From positions 1 to 21,558 of the forward strand of contig CAZCAP010000013.1 in the NCBI GenBank assembly GCA_964496765.1: a DNA stretch of 21,558 nucleotides, written 5' to 3'. The notes under the pieces are model-generated. The model saw only the letters and a program-made list of their open reading frames with translations, had not been told where the DNA came from and ran no database searches. This DNA comes from an uncultured archaeon (GTDB taxonomy: Archaea > Iainarchaeota > Iainarchaeia > Iainarchaeales > CSSED10-239). Shown here in pieces: positions 16,606 to 21,558 of this stretch (position 1 is its first letter; each line of letters starts with the position of its first letter). The position numbers and the translations under genes are program-made.

Positions 16606-17217
16606 ATGAATACAATAAAAAATTTAATTATTAAAGATGGAATGATTGGAACCATTGATCTAAATTCAGGAGAAAAAAGGACATGGGATCCTAATCACTC
16701 AAAGATTGCTGCTGGAATTAAGAAAGGCATTAAAGAACTACCAATTAATGAAAATTCAAATATTCTTTATCTTGGAGCAGCAGAGGGATATACAATATCT
16801 TATATTTCAGATATTGCATCCAATGGATTAGTTGTTGGAACTGACATTTCTGCACATTCCATGCAAAAGCTTTATCTTCTATCCCTTGAAAGAAAGAATC
16901 TTATTCCTTTTTTGGGAGATTCTAATAAACCGGAAGAATTTGAAGATATTTTTGGAAAAGAAAAGTTTGATTTAATTATTCAAGATATTGCTCAAAAGAA
17001 TCAAGTAGAAATATTAGTTAAAAATTCAAATCTTTTTTTAAAGGAAAAAGGATATGTTCTATTAAGTTTAAAACTATCAGCACTAACGCAAAAGAAGGAT
17101 TCAAATCTAAAAGAAGATCAACTAGAGTTATTTAGAAAACATTTTAACATAGTAGATCAAAGGAAGCTAGATCCATTTGAAAAGAAACACATGCTCCTGC
17201 TTGGACAAAAAAAATAA
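16606..17217 (+). CDS. flpA: Fibrillarin-like rRNA/tRNA 2'-O-methyltransferase
   Basis: 203 aa. 'RTWDPNHSKIAAGIKKG', 'NILYLGAAEGYTISYISDI', 'GLVVGTDISAHSMQKL', 'FDLIIQDIAQKNQVEIL', 'GYVLLSLKL'. Confidence 0.94.
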   Translation: MNTIKNLIIKDGMIGTIDLNSGEKRTWDPNHSKIAAGIKKGIKELPINENSNILYLGAAEGYTISYISDIASNGLVVGTDISAHSMQKLYLLSLERKNLIPFLGDSNKPEEFEDIFGKEKFDLIIQDIAQKNQVEILVKNSNLFLKEKGYVLLSLKLSALTQKKDSNLKEDQLELFRKHFNIVDQRKLDPFEKKHMLLLGQKK

Positions 17218-17224
17218 TTTAAGT

Positions 17225-17410
17225 TTATCTGGTTCTAAAATAATTTTCTATAGTCCTATCATATGTTTTTTCTGCTGTTTTTGTAAAATAACAAGCAGGA
17301 AGTTCATTATTCTTTCTATGATAGGCAATACATTCACAACAAATTCCTTTTCTTTCACAGCGGTAGGTGCAGGGACAATCTTTTAGATTAACTTCTTTTT
17401 TACAATCCAT
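17225..17410 (-). CDS. Cys-rich DUF6485-like small protein
   Basis: 61 aa '[58 protein letters not shown]' matches the pattern I recall for DUF6485. Confidence 0.72.
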   Translation of the reverse strand: MDCKKEVNLKDCPCTYRCERKGICCECIAYHRKNNELPACYFTKTAEKTYDRTIENYFRTR

Positions 17411-17425
17411 ATCTAATCATTTAAA

Positions 17426-18355
17426 TCAAATTAAGATAAATACCACATATGCAACAAATATTGCATAAAAAATTATGAAAGTAATTCCTTCAGCAAAGGA
17501 TATTTTCCTATCTTGTATGAAAAGAATAAATAGAATAGTTGCAATTACTAATACCATAATTCCAATGAAAATTGTGCTTGGGATTATTATTGCCCCAAAT
17601 AAAGAAGATATACCAATAATTCCAAGGATATTAAATATGTTTGAACCAATTATATTTCCTATTGCAATATCTGGTTTTTTGTGCATTGCAGCCCTAATTG
17701 AAACTGTTAGTTCTGGAAGAGAAGTTCCAATTGCAATAAATAATACAGCAATTATTTCTTTACCTACCCCAAACAAATCTGATAGTTTTATTACTGACTT
17801 AATAAGATACTCTGCACTTAAATAAATTACACCCATGGATATTAGTAATAAAAATATGGTTTTATACAATTTTATATCTGGCCTTTTTATGGTTTTGGAA
17901 TAGTTTTTTTTACGAATTGTATAAATTATAAAATAAATAAATAAAGCTAACAATAATATTGTTTCAATAATTCCAATGGAACCATTAAAAGAACAAATAA
18001 TCAATAAAGTAATAGATCCAATTAAAAATAACACTTCAGAATATAATCTTTTTGTTACCTTCATCTCTCCAACATATAATACAGTGATACCTAGAATCAA
18101 AAGAATATTTGCTATATTCGATCCAACAACCGTTCCAATCACGATTTCTGAAGAATTGTTTAAGACCGCAATAATAGAAGTAATTAATTCTGGAAGCGAA
18201 GTTCCAACACTAACAATTAATAATCCAATAATAAATGAAGGTAATCCAAAATGAGAACCAATCTTTTCTGCATAGCTAATAAAATAATCAGAAGATTTAA
18301 CTAAAAAAAATAAGGATAATAAAAATATAATAATCCAAAAGATAATCAAGAGCAT
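17426..18355 (-). CDS. CaCA-family calcium/sodium antiporter (YrbG-like)
   Basis: 309 aa with two alpha-repeats: 'VSVGTSLPELITSI..GTVVGSNIANILLILG' and 'IAIGTSLPELTVSI..GNIIGSNIFNILGIIG'. Confidence 0.93.
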   Translation of the reverse strand: MLLIIFWIIIFLLSLFFLVKSSDYFISYAEKIGSHFGLPSFIIGLLIVSVGTSLPELITSIIAVLNNSSEIVIGTVVGSNIANILLILGITVLYVGEMKVTKRLYSEVLFLIGSITLLIICSFNGSIGIIETILLLALFIYFIIYTIRKKNYSKTIKRPDIKLYKTIFLLLISMGVIYLSAEYLIKSVIKLSDLFGVGKEIIAVLFIAIGTSLPELTVSIRAAMHKKPDIAIGNIIGSNIFNILGIIGISSLFGAIIIPSTIFIGIMVLVIATILFILFIQDRKISFAEGITFIIFYAIFVAYVVFILI

Positions 18356-18359
18356 TAGA

Positions 18360-19055
18360 TCACTTGAAATATACTTTTGTAATTACTACATTATCAACTG
18401 GCCAGTCCTGATATATGCCTAACTTTGTTGAAGTGGAACTATTTTCAATAGCATAGACAACATCCATTCCAGAAATTACTTTTCCAAATACCGCATATCC
18501 TGGATTAGCAGAGCTTGTGTAATCTAAAAATTTATTATCAACCACATTTATAAAAAATTGACTGGTTGCTGAATTTGGATCATTTGTTCTTGCCATTGCA
18601 ATTGTTCCAGTTAGATTACTTAAACCATTATTTGATTCAATTGCAATTGGGGCCATTACGTCCTTTTGAACTCCATCACCAGTAAATCCTCCACCCTGAA
18701 TCATAAAACCTTTAATTACTCTATGAAACACAGTATTTTCATAGAATCCACCAGAAACATAACTTTTAAAGTTGTTTACAGTAATTGGTGCTTTAGTTGA
18801 ATCAAGTTCAATTTCAATATCTCCTTTTGTTGTAGAAATCACAACAATTGGATTCGCATTTTGATTATCCATATTTACATCCTTTTTAATTATTTGTGCT
18901 GCAGTAACATACCCACTTATTGGGGATGTACCTATATTGGTATCCGTATCCACATTTGTATTTTTGGTTGTGTTTGAATTAACAACAAGCACTAATACAA
19001 AAATTACTATAATTAATCCAACTATTGATAAAATTGGGACCATATATCTTTTCAT
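18360..19055 (-). CDS. Membrane-anchored/secreted cyclophilin-type peptidyl-prolyl cis-trans isomerase
   Basis: 231 aa. N-terminal TM, then 'TTKGDIEIELDSTKAPITVNNF', 'VFHRVIKGFMIQGGGFTGDG', 'ATSQFFINVVDN', 'YAVFGKVISGMDVV'. Confidence 0.93.
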   Translation of the reverse strand: MKRYMVPILSIVGLIIVIFVLVLVVNSNTTKNTNVDTDTNIGTSPISGYVTAAQIIKKDVNMDNQNANPIVVISTTKGDIEIELDSTKAPITVNNFKSYVSGGFYENTVFHRVIKGFMIQGGGFTGDGVQKDVMAPIAIESNNGLSNLTGTIAMARTNDPNSATSQFFINVVDNKFLDYTSSANPGYAVFGKVISGMDVVYAIENSSTSTKLGIYQDWPVDNVVITKVYFK

Positions 19056-19140
19056 AAACTTATCACCATTGTATATATAATATTATAATAGATTAAATTT
19101 AAATAATATTGTATAATTAAAAAAAGAATTATAGAAGAAA

Positions 19141-19156
19141 AGATGAATATTCATCT
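19141..19156. repeat. Perfect 16-bp palindrome AGATGAATATTCATCT
   Basis: Direct reading; intergenic, between the cyclophilin gene and the 36-aa acidic ORF. Confidence 0.9.
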
Positions 19157-19189
19157 AATCCTCCAAATGTATCAGATTAAATTTGTGAT

Positions 19190-19300
19190 TTAAAAGTCAT
19201 CTTCTGCATCAGATTCTTCTTCAGAATCTTCAAAATCAGAATAATCATCATCATCATCGTAAACTTCATCTGTTGGTTTTTTATTAAATTCTTGTGGCAT
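19190..19300 (-). CDS. Tiny highly acidic protein, 36 aa, absent from the supplied ORF track
   Basis: Hand-translated: MPQEFNKKPTDEVYDDDDDYSDFEDSEEESDAEDDF*. Upstream 'GGTAGGAGAATTATT-ATG' gives a plausible SD, with a TATA-like TTATTATAAAG further upstream. Confidence 0.6.
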   Translation of the reverse strand: MPQEFNKKPTDEVYDDDDDYSDFEDSEEESDAEDDF

Positions 19301-19457
19301 AATAATTCTCCTACCATTTCTTAAAAAATTCTTTTATGTATTCTTATATTTTAGAACACTTTATAATAAAATAATTAAAGAACCAGTTAACCTTTTAAAG
19401 ATTGTGTTTTTTAGAGGAAGTGGGACCTAATATATAAAGGTTTGGATTAAACAGGAT

Positions 19458-20057
19458 TTAAAGTAATTGAAGAATAATATCATATGTGATAGCATCCTCT
19501 TTATAAGAAAGATGCACCCCCACCTTGTTTCCTTCTTTAAGAGTTATTACTTGTAGATTATATTTGTTTACAAAATTTAAAATCAGAGATAATGGATGAT
19601 TATACTTATTTACACCATACTTTTCATATACCATTTTACCGGTTGCTGAATAAGATAACAAGATATAACCCTTTTTTTTAAGAGAAGAAGTAGCTTTTTT
19701 AAAAAGTAAATCAAGTTCATCTACAGTTAGATATTGAATTAGTCTAGCCATTATAATTATATCATATTTTGAAGTAAAAGAATAATCAAGACAAGATATT
19801 TTCTTGAAATTAACTAAAGATAGTAGCTCTTTTGGAATTTCTTTTAAAAAATCAAGATCAACAATATCTATTGCATCTACAAAGCACCCTTTTTTTGCAA
19901 AGTAGATTGTATTTCTTCCATTTCCACAACCAATATCAAGAACGTTACCTGATTTTGGGAAGAAATTTTCAGCTAGTTTAATTACTTCGCTTGGTTTTTC
20001 TGTATCTACTAAAAAACCATTAGAATATGCTTTTTCCCAGTCATTCATAATAATCAT
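19458..20057 (-). CDS. Class I SAM-dependent methyltransferase
   Basis: 199 aa. 'SGNVLDIGCGNGRNTIYFAKKGCFVDAIDI', 'YDIIIMARLIQYL', 'KKGYILLSYSATG'. Confidence 0.87.
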   Translation of the reverse strand: MIIMNDWEKAYSNGFLVDTEKPSEVIKLAENFFPKSGNVLDIGCGNGRNTIYFAKKGCFVDAIDIVDLDFLKEIPKELLSLVNFKKISCLDYSFTSKYDIIIMARLIQYLTVDELDLLFKKATSSLKKKGYILLSYSATGKMVYEKYGVNKYNHPLSLILNFVNKYNLQVITLKEGNKVGVHLSYKEDAITYDIILQLL

Positions 20058-20115
20058 TTTTTAACTATATAAGTCATAGTGGGCTTAGTAGTTAGAAGTA
20101 AAAACCCTTAATTTA

Positions 20116-20179
20116 GATTTTGTTTAACAGTTAACTGTTAACTCCTGATACGATTAGACTAAAAGTTAAACACAAAATC
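20116..20179 (-). terminator. Candidate terminator-like hairpin after the DUF4143-type gene, containing an 18-bp palindrome
   Basis: Outer arms GATTTTGTTTAAC (20116-20128) and GTTAAACACAAAATC (20165-20179). Perfect palindrome TTAACAGTTAACTGTTAA at 20124-20141. Minus-strand 3' flank has GGGTTTTTAC. Confidence 0.4.
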
Positions 20180-21440
20180 ACTCTAATAACCATTTCCATA
20201 TAGGAATATATTTAATTATTTTATTATCTATTTTTTCTTCTTTTTCTAAATCTTTTGTTATTATTATCCCTTCCTTAAGCTTAAATTCATTTAATCCTGA
20301 AAGTAATCCTTTTATTTCTCTTTTTTTAGTTTTTGAATTAATTAAATCATAAGTTACTTGTATTAAAGAGGTAACTTTATCCTTTTCAGTTATTAAAAAA
20401 TCAACTTCAGAATCTAATTTATCTTTCCAAAAATATACATTTTTATTTCTTCTTTTTAATTCAATAAAAACTAAATTTTCATATAATCTACCTATATTTT
20501 CCGAAAAATTAAAAGAAATCTTATTTATCAAACCAGTGTCTATACAATATATCTTTTTTGAATAAGTATCTTGTTTTTTTAAAGAATAATCATATTTAGT
20601 TAATTCAAATAACAAATATGTGTTTGTTAAATAAGACACATATTTTATAGCAGTATGAGTACTACCTAAATTAAAATTATTCTTTAAAGAAGTGTATGAA
20701 AATTCTCTTCCAAAATTAGATATTAAAAATAAAGTCATTTTTTTAAATTCAATTTCTTCTTTTATATCATATCTGTTAAAAATATCTGTATTTATTACAT
20801 CTTGATAGATATTACCTAATATATTTGTAGTTTTGTAAACTATTACTTCTGGAAAGCCACCTTGCTTTATATAATTATTAAAATATTTAATAACTTCTGC
20901 TTTACCAGAAGTTGATTTATAATTTTTATTAAAATGATTATACCCTAAATATTCTTTAAACGAAAATGGGTATATCATTATATCAAAATGTCTACCAGTT
21001 AAATAAGTAGATATTTCTTTACTTAATAAGTCAGCATTAGAACCTGTTATAAAGAATCTTTTCCCTTCAGAATATAATCTATTTACAAATCTATTCCAAT
21101 CATACTTTTTCCCTTGTAATTCATCAAAATAAAAAACATCTTTATCTCCAAAATGTTCTAAGAATATTTCATATAATAATTGGAAATCAATTGTTTTGAA
21201 ATCAACTAATCTTTCATCAGAAAAATCTAAATAATAAAAATCAGAATTATAATATTTATGCATCCATTGTAATAAAAAGGTTGATTTACCACTTCTTCTG
21301 TGACCAGTCACAACTATGTTTATTTTATGTTTTATTAAATCAGATAATTCAGCAAGTTTGTCCCTTGAATATCCTTCTTTCATTTTAGACAATCTTTCTT
21401 GTTGATCTAAAACTATTTGCTCTAAATATTGTTTTTCCAT
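20178..21440 (-). CDS. AAA-family ATPase with DUF4143-type C-terminal region
   Basis: 'INIVVTGHRRSGKSTFLLQWM' (Walker A), 'DVFYFDELQGKKYDWNRFVNRLYSEGKRFFITGSNADLLSKEISTYLTGRHF' (Walker B/sensor), 'FSFKEYLGY', 'NRRNKNVYFWKDKLDSEVDFLI'. ATG at 21440 preferred over GTG at 21488. Confidence 0.9.
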   Translation of the reverse strand: MEKQYLEQIVLDQQERLSKMKEGYSRDKLAELSDLIKHKINIVVTGHRRSGKSTFLLQWMHKYYNSDFYYLDFSDERLVDFKTIDFQLLYEIFLEHFGDKDVFYFDELQGKKYDWNRFVNRLYSEGKRFFITGSNADLLSKEISTYLTGRHFDIMIYPFSFKEYLGYNHFNKNYKSTSGKAEVIKYFNNYIKQGGFPEVIVYKTTNILGNIYQDVINTDIFNRYDIKEEIEFKKMTLFLISNFGREFSYTSLKNNFNLGSTHTAIKYVSYLTNTYLLFELTKYDYSLKKQDTYSKKIYCIDTGLINKISFNFSENIGRLYENLVFIELKRRNKNVYFWKDKLDSEVDFLITEKDKVTSLIQVTYDLINSKTKKREIKGLLSGLNEFKLKEGIIITKDLEKEEKIDNKIIKYIPIWKWLLE

Positions 21441-21483
21441 ATTATATATAGGAATAGATATGTTTTTAAATGTGAGTTTCAAA

Positions 21484-21508
21484 TGCACAAATATCGATAT
21501 TTTGTGCA
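21484..21508. promoter_or_regulatory. Near-perfect 25-bp palindrome upstream of the DUF4143-type ATPase gene (candidate operator)
   Basis: TGCAC-AAATATCGATATTT-T-GTGCA: a 14-bp perfect core plus 5-bp flanking arms offset by one base. Follows a TATA-like AACATATTTAG on the minus strand. Confidence 0.5.
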
Positions 21509-21558
21509 GTTAGCTCTAAATATGTTTTAACCAAAAAAGGTTAGAAGCCCTTGGTGGG

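Noticed and set aside
17177-18254. ORFs 17177-17386, 17475-17825, 17976-18254 (+)
   Set aside because: Antisense to the DUF6485-like gene and the CaCA antiporter alpha-repeats.
19458-21440. Toxin-antitoxin or defence system formed by the methyltransferase and AAA/DUF4143 ATPase
   Set aside because: No antitoxin, nuclease or restriction partner is visible. The methyltransferase has no recognisable DNA target-recognition domain, and both genes have separate apparent promoters.
1-21558. CRISPR array, transposon or prophage
   Set aside because: No regularly spaced direct repeats, transposase/integrase motifs or phage structural genes were seen. The DUF4143-type ATPase alone does not establish a mobile element.

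Overview
AT-rich (very low GC), gene-dense, archaeal-looking chromosomal window. The archaeal assignment rests on eL15 and eL33/L35Ae ribosomal proteins, a Nop5/fibrillarin pair, an NcsA/TtuA-type tRNA thiolase, RNase HII, no tRNA-encoded CCA, and TATA-like promoters. A DPANN-like lineage is only my inference. Supported content: a PRTase; a 480-aa protein resembling a HerA/DUF87 ATPase without a Walker A motif; small membrane proteins next to eL15; a ThiS/MoaD-like protein lacking the C-terminal GG, directly upstream of TtuA; a VTT-domain membrane protein; tRNA-Val(GAC); a GH3-family adenylase paired with a DUF2817/M14-like zinc hydrolase; a 47-aa basic ORF missed by the ORF track; a metallophosphoesterase/GT2/GtrA set; an Hsp20-like protein with RNase HII; a box C/D sRNP cluster with an extra methyltransferase between nop5 and flpA; a DUF6485-like protein; a CaCA antiporter; a membrane-anchored cyclophilin; a 36-aa half-acidic ORF; a SAM methyltransferase; and a DUF4143-type ATPase flanked by palindromes. 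I found no CRISPR array, transposon or recognisable defence island. The best leads for something under-described are the GH3+DUF2817 pair, the GG-less ThiS-like/TtuA pair, the P-loop-less HerA-like protein, the nop5-MTase-flpA cluster, and the two tiny ORFs. All homology calls come from reading motifs by eye; no database search was run.
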